Origin: the human T2T-CHM13v2.0 reference genome, Homo sapiens
DNA length: 64,000 bases
NCBI RefSeq assembly: GCF_009914755.1
Contig: NC_060925.1
Strand: one strand, 5' to 3'
Part shown: positions 36,421 to 51,750 of the stretch, piece by piece
Layout of the letters: each line of letters opens with the position of its first letter
Numbering within the stretch: the stretch's first letter is position 1
Notes under the pieces: model-generated
What the model was told of the DNA's origin: nothing
Database searches by the model: none
The model's input: the letters and a program-made list of their open reading frames with translations, nothing else
Translations under genes and position numbers: made by a program

Positions 36421-38874
36421 CTGGTGACTAGATGAGAAATCTGGATTGAACAAAACAAGAACTTGAGAAGCTTATAATATGGATCTTAAAACTAGGTAAC
36501 ATATAAAATAGTTTTTGGGCATTTACCTTAGGACTGAATTTAAGCCTATGTTTTTTACAGAATGATTTTCCTTTCTCACCCTACCATGTCAATGGATTTC
36601 TATTTCTTCACCCAAATCCATAGTTTCATATTAACCCAAAGGAATTATTGACATGTAAGTAATTATAATTCTGAAAACAAAGGTCTGATGATGCTAGACA
36701 ATTGATGATGCTAAACCATTTAGGCTATCTGTTTTTCCCTTTAAGATCCTGGTCTTGACTTTTATTTGAGCTTTTTATCTAGAAAAGATGATTTGGTGAT
36801 GATGGAGTAATATAGTAACTGCTCTAGCTTATATGTGAGGGTATAATCTTTATACCAATAATAATTTATCAAGTGCCTACTATGTGCTGGGTACCCTGCT
36901 AGGGGAGGAAATAAAGGATTTCAATTTAATGCTATTGCATTTTTAAAGAGCACAATTTTGATTAAAAATTGACCCATTCTCTTCAGAGTGGACACTCACA
37001 TTTTTTGTGGGTTTTGAATCACATAGTGTCTTGCTGTGCAGGAAAAGGGCCTGTCAGTCATGTCTTTATTTCTCTTGAGCATTTGTACGTTGTATGTCTG
37101 TCCTCACTTATCAGGGTGTTTTTGGCATGGTTACTTAATCCTAAGCTCTGAGAGGCACAGGAAGTAAAAGAAAAGTTAAAGATGACAATTAAGGTGTTGG
37201 GCCCAGTTAGATATAGTGAAGTCAGAATTTTCCCTCATTAAAACTGTTAGACCAATTTCATTAGACGGAAATGCACCCACATATGTAAATCTTCTTTGTT
37301 TAATTGGAGACCTATTGATTGTAGGTAACATAAGCCTCTCTAAGGGAAACAGAACCCAACTGAAGATAAGAGTTTCTTCCCCCCAACACATACAGCATTC
37401 ATGATTTTATTTCTCTAGGCGTGTTCATTATCAAAATCATTCTACTGCAGACTTTCCCATAAAGTGTTTCTGTCTGGCCCTGTTTTCATATCTAAAAGCT
37501 TCTAGTGGTTTCAGCAAGAAATGATGGAAACATTTTGACAGAATATATATTTCTTTTTTTAAAACTAAGATCTTAAAATTAAAGAGAAACAAAAACTTAC
37601 AAAATCACATGAAAATATAATGCTTTAAAGAGACTGAGAATAATTGTCTTCTTTTGTGCTTTCATAGAATGCTAAAAGAAACCAAATTCTGATCTTCTTT
37701 GGTGAGCAATCACCAAAAATATTGCAGTGGGGAATGAAAAATAGAATGGATTTTTAAAAAAACTTACATTCTAATTAGGTCTCAATGCTGCAGAGAAAAT
37801 AGTGTACCAGTGCAAACTCTACACTGTGGTATAAGGCACAGGATTTTCCCGCTGCGCTTCCAAGGATAGGGTCATCCTATTATAACTGTTTAATAATAGG
37901 GGATTGTGTGTATTTTCTTATATATCTTCTTGCAATTCCATGTTTCTGAAGTGTGAGATTCAGGTCAAGGTCAATGTGTGGCCAGTTGTTTATAAAGTAT
38001 TAAGAATCTCATGAAGGAGAAATACAGTTTAGATGTAGATTTTCTTACGATAACTCAAATTATGTTTAAATGACAAAAACTAGGTAGGTATTGAGGAGGT
38101 AAATATCTCTATTTTTCATTTCTTAACATTACACTACAATATGTGTAATATTTAGAATTTGAATTAGGAAGAACTTTAACTTTTTTATTCCTTAGGGTAT
38201 TACTGATCTCTAAACAAGATGTTTAATTAGCAGAATTATAGCATCTTAGATAAAATTGGTTATTTTTAACTTAATCACGTAGTTGATGCTACAGAAATGA
38301 ATTCATGGCCTTTCTTGTGGTGCTCGTCTTTTTCTTGTTTGATGTTGCTAGTTGAACACATCTCAGGTTGTGAGAAGTGCATATTTAGATGGGAACATCT
38401 TGGAGAGATCTTGATTGGTAGAGAGTAACTTTATATCAGTGAGTATAATGCTTATCAGTGAAATTCTAACTCATTTAATTATTACTTAATTTTCTGATTA
38501 TGTTTTTGTATTTGAGAGAAGATTATTTCCATTATGGCAAAGTATGGATGGATGGACATTGCTATTGCCATTTCTTGACTTAGCACACCTAGGAAGGCAT
38601 TTTGAAACATACTTTTTAAAAAAAGAATTGCATATCTGTGCACCTACAACAGTGGGTGTGCTGAAATTCTGACTTGGGTTTTGATGAAAGAATTCCCCAA
38701 TTCAGTTAAATTCATCCTTGACTGTCGTGTGCCACTCATGTTCACTTGGTTAAAAAAAAATTGTTTTTTGGAGATTATTTGTAGAATCTCGGTTCTGTAA
38801 CCAGATATTGAATATTACCACTGGAGGGAAGCTTTGAACTCATTTATCACCCTTCTGCCAAACCACAAAAATCC

Positions 38875-38892
38875 TCTCTCTCTCTCTCATGC

Positions 38893-38926
<34 letters not shown>

Positions 38927-38930
38927 ATCT
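38875..38930. repeat. (TC)n/(TCTA)n microsatellite
   Basis: Read directly from sequence. Confidence 0.9.
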
Positions 38931-39439
38931 TACTGATTTATTCATATATATATTTCTTCATATATATGATATATGACACTGTATATTTACAGCATATATA
39001 TTACAGCACAGCTATTTACAGCAACCTGGATCATTCATTCTTAGCCCCTTCTCAAGAATGGAAGTTTATTTTAAACCAGACATAAACAGGACATAAAATG
39101 AAATATTAAAAGACTGGATAATGCATTTTAAGTCAGACATACATTTGGATAGCTGTTGTTTGAGTTTGTCCATGCTGGAGTTACCTCCTCCTCACTGCAC
39201 CCTCCCTGTTTGCATGGGGAGCTGAGATTAGATTTTAACTACAAATTATTCACATTAGTCAAATAAAAAAGAATGACATTTCCCCCAAATTTGATTATTA
39301 TTGTATTTTCTTGGAGAAAAAGATCGTGTTAGTAAAATAATTCAAAATGGAAATCCAAATGTATTTCTTTTAAAATTTTTCAAATCTGTTGCTAAAAAGC
39401 TGTAGAATATCGTGGAAAATTCTTTTATTGTAACAAACA

Positions 39440-41460
39440 TTCCTGGTTTAATTTCTTATTTTCACTTTATTTTTAATATAAATATATATGTAACTTATAA
39501 CACATAGTATGAACTGAAAATCTGTGAACCAAGAAAGATAACAACCAATACCTTTCATTTACCTGTGTGTTCTTTTCCTCTCCCATTACCCTGAAATTCC
39601 TCCTATTATCCTGAATTTTGTGTTTGTAATTCCCCTCCTATAAAATAAATGGTTTATCACTCATAGGTACTAAATATATTGTTCAGTTTTGCTTGTTTTT
39701 TTAAGTTTTATAAAAAATCATATATACACACATACATATACATACATATATATATATAAATACATATACACACACACTTCTGGGAATTGCTTTTTTTCAC
39801 TCTACAATATGTTCATAATGTCATATATACTGTAATTTATTATTGTTTCTTGTGTAATATTCTGTGATGGATCTATAGAAGGTTTCCAGTTTCTTGGTCT
39901 TAGCAAGTGCTATGAACTGTAACATGTCTTCTAGAGCAAGTGTGTAAAAGTTTCTTTATGGTATGTGCCTAGGACTTAAATTGTTGAATTACAGGGTGTG
40001 TAAATGTTAAGTTTTTTTTTTTAAGAAAAGATAGTGATATTTTATCTTACTAACAAGTTATGCCTGTTTATACGATCACTCGCTGTAGCAGTATACAAAA
40101 AATTCTGTTGATCTGCATTCTCTCCAGAATTTGGCACTGCCAGATTTTTCTTTTTGCCAATCTTGAGGCTAAAAAAGAGTATTTCATTGTGTTTTTAATT
40201 TGCATTTATAATTTGATTACTAATGAGACTAAACATCTTTTTGTATATGTATGAGCCACTTTCCTTTACTGTGGAATAAATGTTTTTGTCATTTATTCAT
40301 TTTTTTCTATTTTATTGCTTATTGTTTACTTATTGGTTTGTAGGAGTTCTTTATAGATTCTGCATTCTAATTTTTGGCCAGTGTACGTTTGCCAATATAT
40401 TTTCGTAGTTTCTGGCTTGTTTTAAAATTTTCTTCATGTTATCTTTGATCAACAAAAATTCTTAATTTTAATACAGTAAAATTTATCAATCTTTATCACA
40501 TGGTTATTGCTTTTTTGTCTTGTTGAAGATATCCTTTTTTACTCCAAGTTTAGAAGTATATGGTATTTTTTGTATATCTTTTAAGTGTTCATCTCACATT
40601 AGGTTTGTATTCCATCCGGAATTTGTGTATGGTGTGAGGTAGGGATCCAATTTCATTTTATTCTGTATGAATGGACAGTTTTCACTTTATCACTTATTGA
40701 ATAATTTCTCTATTCCCCAAATAATGTAAAATGATACCTCTGTCATTTATTTTTTATATTTGTGTATGTCTGTTTTTGGATTCTTTGCTCTGTTACACTG
40801 ATCAACTTGTCTGCCCTATACCATCACCACAATTTTTCACTTACTAAGCCCTTATAATGAGTCTTGATAAAGCAAAATTTCACACCTCTTTTTGAAATAA
40901 ATTTTTTAGTTATTCTTTACCCCTCACTATTCCATATATATCATGGCATTACTTTGTCAAGTTTTGTGAAACATCCTATTGGGACTTTGTTTAGAAATAT
41001 ATTGAATCTACAGATAAAGGAAATTGACATCTTTTTTTAACTATCAAATATTATTATCTATGAACATGGTATGTCTCTTCATTTATTTAGATCTTATTCT
41101 TGGTTACACTGAATTTTATTTTTCACCAGGTTTTGAACACTTTTGTGAAGCTGCTTTTGTAAATTGTTTTTAATATTTTGTTTTTAACTCTAATTTCTAG
41201 TATAGAAATACAGTTACTTTGTGTATAGTGATCTTATATTCAGCGATATTTACATATTTTTAGCCAATAATGTATTGGTAAATTCTTTTTTGTTTACTAT
41301 TTCGATAATCATATCAAATGCAAACAATGAGAAAGATGTTCATTTCTATTCTATGCTTTTATCTTCCTTACCCTTCTCATTGCACTGAGATCTGCAACTC
41401 AGTGTTAAATTAACCTGTGATAGTGGGCATTCTTGATTTTTTTTTCTTGATTTCCTATTT
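39440..41460 (-). mobile_element. Ancient L1 (L1M-type) 3' fragment, antisense, with an internal (TA/CA)n tract ~39720-39778
   Basis: TTGTAGGAGTTCTTTATA; GTGTATGGTGTGAGGTAGGGATCCAATTTCAT; ATTGAATCTACAGAT...ATTGACATCTT; GATAGTGGGCATTCTTG. Confidence 0.75.
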
Positions 41461-44400
41461 ATTTTTAATCCCTGAATGAATCAGAGTTAATGCCTTAATA
41501 TTTAAATATTACTTTCGCTGCTCACATTTTAATCAGAGAAAGGACAAGACCTGACCTAGTTTTGTTAATTTTCCTCTTATTTTTAAAAATTTTATGGTTT
41601 GGTATATGCTACCATAATTGAAACCTCAGATTCTCCTCACAAATTACTTTATGCCAAGTGGTATAGTATCTGTTAATTAGTGGGTAAATAGTGTTTTTAA
41701 AGAATGCAGTCATCTAAAATTTCAAAATATAAGGCTCATTTGTATGAATTAATTATTTTAGGTATTTCAGGGAAAAGAATTACCATATTTCATACTGATG
41801 AGATTTTTTGATACTGTGTTGTGTGGCTCAGTCTCTTACGTTTTGATTTGAACTATAGAACCCTTAAGTAGCATTCTGTTTTTTACAATTTAAAATGTCT
41901 GGTTTGCATGGGTTTACTTTTTCCTTTTTCCTCATGTAATTTTTGTTAAGACTTGAATAGATTACTCTTCTAATCTTGTGAGCAGACTGCAGGAAGACAA
42001 CTATTAAGAGTAGAAAGCTATTAAGCAGTCAGGGGTTTATTATGCTTTAGTGTTTTGTTTAAGTCTGTTCTTAATTGGTTGATTAATGTACGAGAAGTCC
42101 TTTTCCCCCCTCCATCTCTACAGATGGCAAATGGTAGGTCCCAACTGTCATTGTTCACAAAAAAGGTTATGGTTCAAAGTCAAAGATTCAGAGATACCAC
42201 AATAATCAATCATAGGAACTTGTCTCAGAGTGCCCAGCCAGGCAAAAGTTAGGCAGAGTAGTAATATTTACTGAGAATCTCTTATGAGTATTTTTTTTTT
42301 GGTGTGTTCTTTATTTTATTTAGAAAATATTATTTAATTAATTGAAATGCCTCTGAATTTAGTGACAAGCATTTAAATAAATATGAAAAATAATGGTCAA
42401 AAAGTTTTCTGTTTATCGGTTTTATCAGATAGTGCTAGAATACATAATTTTAAAATGGGTGTAACACAGAAAATAACATTCTTAATATATTGAGATTAAC
42501 AGAACATTTTCAAAGGAATACCTTTTTACCATTTTCATGTGAAGATTATTTATAATAGTTAACTTCCTTTTTTAGGAGGAAGAGTAGAATTATGTTCTGG
42601 TATTGATCCACAAAGAGGATTTGCATTTTATTCATACTATAAAAGTACCTTTAATGGAGACCTTGTGGTAATTGAATCTATACTGTGTATCACTATCAAA
42701 GTATCTTTTTAATTATTTTATGTTATACAATTTAAGTCATGGAAAGGGGGATGACTGTATTGTATCTTTTAAGTATAATGTATAGCCTTTAATATTCTTA
42801 AAGTGGATGTTAGTTAAGGACAATTTTTAGTTGAGAGAGAGTGAAAGAGAGAGAGATAAGGGGGGCAGAGAGGATTCCATTACATTCAGCACAGTATGAA
42901 ACTAAGTCCAAAGGAGTTTTGTTAATTAAATTCAATTGCCATCCATTAGACCAGTGGAATGAGATGACTCTGCCTGGTGCTGACACAGCACAGGTATGCA
43001 ATTTGGCTAAATGGCCATTTCCAAACCATAGCACACATTTGTCTACTTGTTCACTTTTTTTTTTTTTTACATGAGAGTTTTTACTCTTAGAAAAGTCAAA
43101 GAGTAACCCAGTGCTTGTCGAGGGGTAAAGGTATCATTTTTATGCAGCATATTGTGAAGTGATTAATTTTTTAGGTGAAAAATATATAGTTCACATAGAG
43201 ATTATTTGGGAGAAAATGATTTTTTAAAAAATATGCAGTATCTGCGGGCAAGCATACGAACAAATATATATACACACACACGTATCAGTATAGAAAAATG
43301 TGTACTTTTAAAATTCAGTTGTCTTAATCTGAAGCTATTTGAGTCATATTCTCTGGATTTTTTAAAGCATCCTACAATCTGTATATATAATTAGGGGAAG
43401 TTGTAATAATTGCAGGAGTTATAAAAGCGAAATTTAGGTGGTGGGTAAGTGTATCTACATTTTGGCATAAATCACTACTTTTAGAGGATTTATATGTCAG
43501 ACTGATAAGTTTCTTACCATGGTGAAATGACAAGAATACCACTCAGGCATTGGCTGAGACATAATTTTGACAGCCAGCAAGCTTGCAGTGTTGCTGAGTG
43601 CACAGATTTCCACTTCCTGCCAAGATTAAAATTGGCAAAAACCAAAAAGGATATTAGGGATTGTCACTTTAAGAAGAAATAACATGTTAATGTTCTGCAT
43701 TTGCTTAAGAAATGTAAGAGTGATCTCTTGAACTGTAGTCTGTTGAAACTTACAAGTTTGCAATCAATAGAAGAGTTTGATTAATATGAGCATCAAAAAT
43801 TAAAATAAGTAGAGGCTCTCTGACACTTGTTAGAATTAAGACTCATTATAGGTTTACTTAATAGGACATAATTACTTTCCTTCTATATAAGATGAATTCT
43901 TCACAAAAGCTATGAAATAGTTTTCCTCACAGTCCCTGAAGAACAAAGGCCTACTTTAAGTTTGTAGATTTGAAGACTGAATGCTTGCTTTACTTCCTGA
44001 ATTTTCTTATTTTTTCCTGTGTGAGCAGATGGTTTTTCTTTTTATAAGTTGCCAGATCTTTCCTATAACAATAACTGCCATTATTGAGAACCTACTGTGC
44101 GCTTATTCTGTACTGAGCACTCAGATCTTCAGAGTTTTTTCTTACTTAGGACTTTTTGTTTAACTCTAGGTGTAAAAATGAAGAAAAAATTATATCTCAT
44201 GTTGTGAAAGAGTCAGACTCTGAAATCTGCTTATACTTTGCTATTTACAGTAAGTACTTTTGAAACAGCTGTAGACGTTCAAATGAAAGTAGCAATGTGG
44301 AGTGGGGAATGTGGGAACATTCATTTGTGAAGACTTTGCATTTCTTCAGCTTTATAGCCAACAGAAAAGGAGATTGTTGTGCATTCTATTAAATACTGCC

Positions 44401-46108
44401 AGTATGATTAATTTAAAGGGTTACATTTTATTGAACCCTGGTGTAGATGTTCTTTGTCAACCCACATTCACAGCTAGTTAGAGTGTGTGTAGCATTTATC
44501 AAAACTTTCTGGAGCCCCTCTCACCTCATTAGCATCTGAATCTCTATTCAGCAGTTAATGTCCGTTACTGCTAGAGTGCTCAATTCTTGTTTTCAATAAG
44601 CCAGTTGTAAAATGTCAGACTGTCACTTACAATATAAAAAACCAAAAATGATGGTATTTGTAAAAATGTTATCACCTCATAAAAACAAATTGTAAAGACA
44701 TGAAAGTGATCTTGCTATGCTGGTCTTTCAGAAGTGAGTTAGTACAGCTACTTTAAATACCAGTTGTGTAGATTCCCACACTTTTCTACCAATGGAGAGG
44801 TTTACACAAGCATAATTTAAGTTACAATTACACTAATTAACATCTCATTTGCATAAATTGTTGAAGTCAAAACAACAAAGAATTGTCTAAGAAGCTTAAT
44901 CCTATTTGTCCAAAATAGAAAGATTTTTTTTTTAAAAAAAAAACTATGCTCTAAAAATTGGCAGCTTAAGTATGTCTTTAGTATGTTGAGCTGTGTCCTT
45001 TTAAAAATAAATGTTTTCAATTTTCTTAATAATATATTTCTCTATTCTTTTTAGAATCCTTCATTTTTAGTATACTTTTAAAATTGAACACACACAACAC
45101 TTTGGTTCCTAAAGTAATGATAACAAGAAATTAAAATCAAGGTACAGTATCATTTATATGTAGTAGTACAGAGTAACCATGACTTACTAGGTGTTATGAT
45201 GAAGGTGTATGTGTGTGTATATGTGTGCATGCATGTAGATAAGTGTGTGCATTTGCACACATAAGAGTTTTAAGCTGCTCCTGTCATTTATTGATGGTCA
45301 AAGGTTTCTTTTGGCTATTGCTGGACTCTTAAGATTGTCTTGTAATTGTCTTTTTGTTGTTGTTGAAAATTAAGGGTGTATATTAAAGGTAGTTTTTACC
45401 CAGATCTTATATGTGTAATAGCTCACATCTGTAATCAGAAACTTACTGTTTAATGGCCACCCAATTGCCATTAGCTTCCTAGAGGGTGATTTAATAAACT
45501 ATCTTCTTTAAAACTCATTTAAAATTAGAGACATGTTTGCATACAATGGATTAATGACGTTTTCATACTAACCCACAAAAGTCTGCTGCACTTTCTTTTG
45601 TAGGCCTAACATTCATTTCATATGCATTGATTATTATTGTTGAACTTGCATTAATTACATCGTGCATATATGGACATACAATGTCATCTGCAGAATTTAG
45701 GATTTTTTATTGTTAATTTTTATAGTGACTGTGGATTGAGGAATTAAAATTAGCATGCTTCATTTATAATAGTATTTCTAGTGTTTCATTAGCCCTAAAA
45801 ATGTGATAAGATCAGGAATAAGATTGGAATGAAAATTTCTCCTTAAAATGGTACGTCTTTTGAAAACATTTTGTTTATAATATATAGCTAATCCTAATTT
45901 ATTACAGTCTTTCAATATATTCTTTAATTTGATTCTATAAGGCTTATAAATCACTGTCTTTGAGATAAGTTTCTTAATTCACAGGTTTGTATCAGTTGTA
46001 CTAGGTTTGGTGAAGGATGTCATCCTAGATATACAGTGTAGACGTGCTTTATGAAACATACTTCTTCTTAGGGACATTTTTAAATACCAAATGAGAATAT
46101 GTTTGGTG

Positions 46109-46448
<340 letters not shown>

Positions 46449-47093
46449 TTATGCTGAATTGAGACCATTTGGAAGGCTTCTTGGGTAAAACTGATTTGAG
46501 TTGTGGATGAAGGATTGTTTGGAAATGAGAGAATGAGCAGAGGCCATGGTGGAGAGGAGAGAAGAGTTGGAGAGCAGGTGAAAGGCGTGAGCACAGCTGC
46601 AGAAGCAGACATATGCACGATTTGTCCTAGAGCAGGTCGGTTGGCGAGTTTGGTTAGAATGGGGGGTTTACATAGCGGAGGGTATTGAATGCCAATTTAA
46701 AGATCTAGGCAGTAAGAATCATGTAGGGTTTTTGAACAGGGATATGACATGCTTCAAGAGGTTTTTTTTGAAAGGATTAATCATGAAGTCCAAATGTAGG
46801 GAGCATTGAAAACAAGAGTAGAGTGACAGACAGTGGAACAGTAGCTTTGTCTCGGCACAAAATTATAAATCATGATGGTTTTTATTTCCTGTGCCCTGAG
46901 TAATATCATAAACAAAATATACAAAATGGCAAGAGCACTTTTGAGATAATACATGGTTTCTGATTCTGAGTAGTACTTGAAACTTCAAAAATAACATTAT
47001 ACGATAAAACACATGTTATTTCTTTGTTATCTTAAAATAGCAACAAATTCTATATACGTAGAAAGACCTATGTAGAAAAAAAATGAACATTCT

Positions 47094-47310
47094 AGCCTGG
47101 ACAACATAGCAAGACCCCATCTTAAAAAAATTTTTTTTTTTTAGTCAGCCAGGTGTGGTGGCCTTTGCCTGTAGTCCCAGCTACTCAGGAGACTGAGGTG
47201 GGAGGATCACTTGAGCAGGGAGATTGAGGCTTCAGTGAGCCTCAGTTGTACCACTGCACTCCAGCCTGGGCAACAGAGCAAGATCCTTTCTCAAAACATA
47301 AAGCAAAAAA
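47094..47310 (+). mobile_element. 5'-truncated AluJ-like element
   Basis: AGCCTGGACAACATAGCAAGACCCC...CACTGCACTCCAGCCTGGGCAACAGAG. Confidence 0.85.
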
Positions 47311-47753
47311 CATTATTTCCTTTCTCCTTTCAGAGGAAAATTATTTCCAGATTATTTTTTCTTATATTTTTTTAAAAGTTGGCTTTAAGGGAGCACGTTT
47401 CTCTTTGAGGGTGGCCTGTTTCATTGTCAATATTTGCTCTTCATTGGAAGCTGAGGTCATGTCAGAGTTACTCAGGAGAAAGACCTGGACTTTTCTTCTT
47501 ATCTTTTAATGGTTTATCATTGATAAGTTTGGACATGGTATGCATGGTGACTTTTTTCACTCTTGTCACTTTTCTATATTTACCTTGTTCATAGTATGTA
47601 ATCTGAGTGCCTTCAAGACACTAGAAAAGATTTGATCTCAAACACCACATTTTGGGTATTTTAATATAATCAGGAGAAAAGTGGATATAATATTCAGACA
47701 GGAAGCTGGAATACACTGGCATAGGTAGAAGTATTCATTTCAACATTAAGTGA

Positions 47754-48085
<332 letters not shown>

Positions 48086-50662
48086 CAAATATATATTGAT
48101 AACTTACTGGAAGTAAGGTAACATGGTACAGGTTGGTAGAAGAAATATAGAGAAAAACAGGAAGCTGGGCTTCCCTTCCAGATGTCCCTAGATTCAAAGG
48201 GGAAGAGGCAAAATGTATTAAATGCTGTCTTACACATAGACTACAAGGGATTTACTTGGCCAGGGAGAGAACAGGGTTGATTCTGAGCTGGAGAGAATGA
48301 GGATGGCTTCTGTGAAGGAGATGACCTAAAGCAGGGCCTCGAAGGTTGGCAAGGGACTTGCAGGGACAGAGCATGGAGATGGGCATATGTAGCGTGTGTT
48401 CTGGACACGGCACGTGGAGGCAGAGCACACATGCATAGAGTGTGTAATGCTTCACTTCCATCCTTGTTCCTTCAGCAAGCACCCGTGCTTTACCTCGTGC
48501 TGACCCTTGAGCAAGGCTGCCCGTGAGAAACTTCCCAACTTCATGGGCAATGTTGAAAACATTTGTCCACTTGCCCTTGCCCCAGAGAGGGAGAAGGTCC
48601 ACATATGGTGCCTTTGACATGTTATCCCTTGGCATAAAGTTTGGCCCAAATGTACATTTGAAACCTCACGTTCCCTCGATAAATTTAAAGTATGAAACTT
48701 TTGAAACTCTAAAAAGGTGGTGAAGACCACAGTTCTCCCTGTTCTTTTTCTTCTTTCACTCTGCAGCTGGATTCTGCCTTTCCTCCAGTGGTTATCTGAG
48801 GAGTGTCTGCCATGTCTTCTGTTTTTTTTTTTTTTGCCTTGTTTTGAGGAGTCCCCTTTTTTCCTCCCCTGGGAGAGTTTAAATATGATGCTGATTTCTT
48901 GTCATCTTAGGGCTCCTCAGCTACAACAAAGTTAAATGGTATAAAAGCAAAGCCCAAATTAGAGACCCTAAAATAACCTTGGAGAAGGAGAGTTCTCAGT
49001 TATCAGTAGAATTGTCTTAGGAATTTGAGGAAGCCCTTGTATACAGTGAAAATGAGACCCTAAGTTAATTAACAAAATGAAAATAACTTACAGTACATAT
49101 CTGCCACTTCCAGTACTGCTATAAATAATTGCAAGTGTAAGGATTTTTAGTGCAAATATGCAGAAAACATGGGCATAGAAAGTTTAGATGACCTTAATGA
49201 AGAAACAGAGTTGGCTCTGAAACTGTGCTTAGCAGGAACAACGTTTTGTGCACTTGATAAACACTGTCAGTTGTTAAGGCATCTTCTGATAGGTGAAAAG
49301 CGGTTTTTTGATGCAGTACTGCCTGGCATGCATCTTCTCGATGGTCTGTTATCTTGTGGGAATGACATTCGTTAAGTTGTTTTCTGTGTGCATCCCACCC
49401 AAATAAAGAATGTTTCATCAGCAAAGTGAATTGCCGTATAGTCATCAGACTCTAGAAATAAATTATCAACGATGACTGCAGTGGGTGAGGCTGTTTGTTT
49501 ATCACATCACTTGAGAACAGAGTAAAGTGAGTTTCATATTTTCCTGAGTCTTGAATTCTCATTTTAGACATCTGTTCAGAAGCTTTCTAAGCCATGGAGT
49601 ATTCTAAATGAGCATTTTGTTAAATGGATGAAGGAAGACTTAGTTTTCCATTGTTAGGTGAAACCTAATTAAAAATTAAATAATGACCTTGTGTTGGCTT
49701 GTAAATTCCTTATTTCCTGCATGTGTGAGTGTATTTTGTTAGAACATTCCATTTTAAAGCATGCCTTTTTTATGACAAGAAATACTTTTAAAATACTATT
49801 TGCTTTTGAAATTACAGTAGGGAATCAAAGGATAGTCTCTTGTTGAGAGGAAGGTATTAGAAGCATGTAGCTTTATGAACTATATTTTCTGTGAATATAG
49901 CAGAATTAGTTTAATTGTTCAATTTCACCCTCTCCAGCATGATTGCACCCATCAGGGCAGTTAACAGAGACACCGCTATTTGTGTTATACTAGGAATTCT
50001 TTATAAACTTAATAAATGAAAGCTTTTTCTCTTATAGGCCCGATTCTCTAGTGGACTTCTGGTGAAATTATGTGGCTACCTTCCATTAATGTTAATGGAG
50101 GTTATGGATATAAATCCCTCCATAGTGATGGAAGAATGAGCCCCAGAGAGAAGAATGTTTCTAATGAATCACTGGATTGTGATATAGGATTAACTTGGTG
50201 TCCCTAATACCATTTTTTTTTCCTCCTGAAAGTTTAAGGTCTTATGTTTAGGAACTAGTTTCTCTCCACCTTAATCCTTTATTGTCAAGTCTGCAATAAT
50301 GTTAAGAACAGGAAAAAAAAAATGTAGATTCCTGGATAGGCACAGTTTTTATATTAATGTAACTATATAGGCATAGTTTTTATATTAATGTAACTATACA
50401 GCACCTATTTTTGTGTTTTACTATTACTTGGCAGACATCTTGAGTGTTTTACAAGGTTATCGTATATTTCACTAATAATCGTTGCTTGATAATTTGGTGT
50501 CCTGACAGACTGCAGTTTATTATTTAGTATTAAAGCTCTCAAATGTATTTATTGAGCACCTGCTGGGTACAAGGCTTTGAGCTTAGTGATGAAAGCATAT
50601 GACATAGTCTGTAGCCTCAAATTTTCTATAATCTCGTGATAAAAGTAGGTACCAGTTCATTA

Positions 50663-51131
<469 letters not shown>

Positions 51132-51149
51132 TCAATATTATTTTAGGTG

Positions 51150-51460
51150 GTTTATTTATTCAGCCAACTGTTGTTGGCTGCCCACTGTATACCAGGCAGT
51201 GTGCTAGATACTGGGAGTACAGCAGTGAGCAGCACAGAGACAGCCCTGGTCTCATGGAGTGTGCACTTTGAGTGTGGGAAACAGTATGTGGGTACATAAA
51301 CAAAATAATTTCTAATGTGATAGATCTCTAAAGGAAACAGGCAAGGTGATAGAGAATAACTAAGAGGACCTGCTTTAGATGGGAATGTGAAGGATGAGGC
51401 CGCATTCATACTAAGCATCCAAGTAAGGAGAAGACCAAGTGCAAAAAGTTTGGTCGGGAT

Positions 51461-51498
<38 letters not shown>

Positions 51499-51750
51499 CA
51501 GAGACTGAAGGCCATTATGGCTGGACAGTTAAGGGAGAGTGACCTAAATAAAGTTCATATTGGCGGGAGAGCAGCTTGCCACAGGGTTACACAGAATAGG
51601 CAGTGGTGGTAAAGGCAGCATTTGAATCCAGGTCCATTTGGCTTTGGAATGTGCTGTTATAGCAGCAGAGGGCAAGTGTGAAACATAATTCAAGGAAATA
51701 ATTGCTGTAGCCATCCAGACCAGAGGAGGATCGCTTTGATCTAGGAAAAC
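51150..51750. mobile_element. L2 remnant containing a (TG)n microsatellite (51463-51496)
   Basis: TTTATTCAGCCAAC...CCACTGTATACCAGGCAGTGTGCTAGATACTGGG...CCCTGGTCTCATGGAG. Confidence 0.65.

Noticed and set aside
45180-45700. 3'-UTR-like stretch with AATAAA near 45493
   Set aside because: No upstream exon or pseudogene hallmarks (poly-A, TSD) identifiable; AATAAA is common in AT-rich introns.
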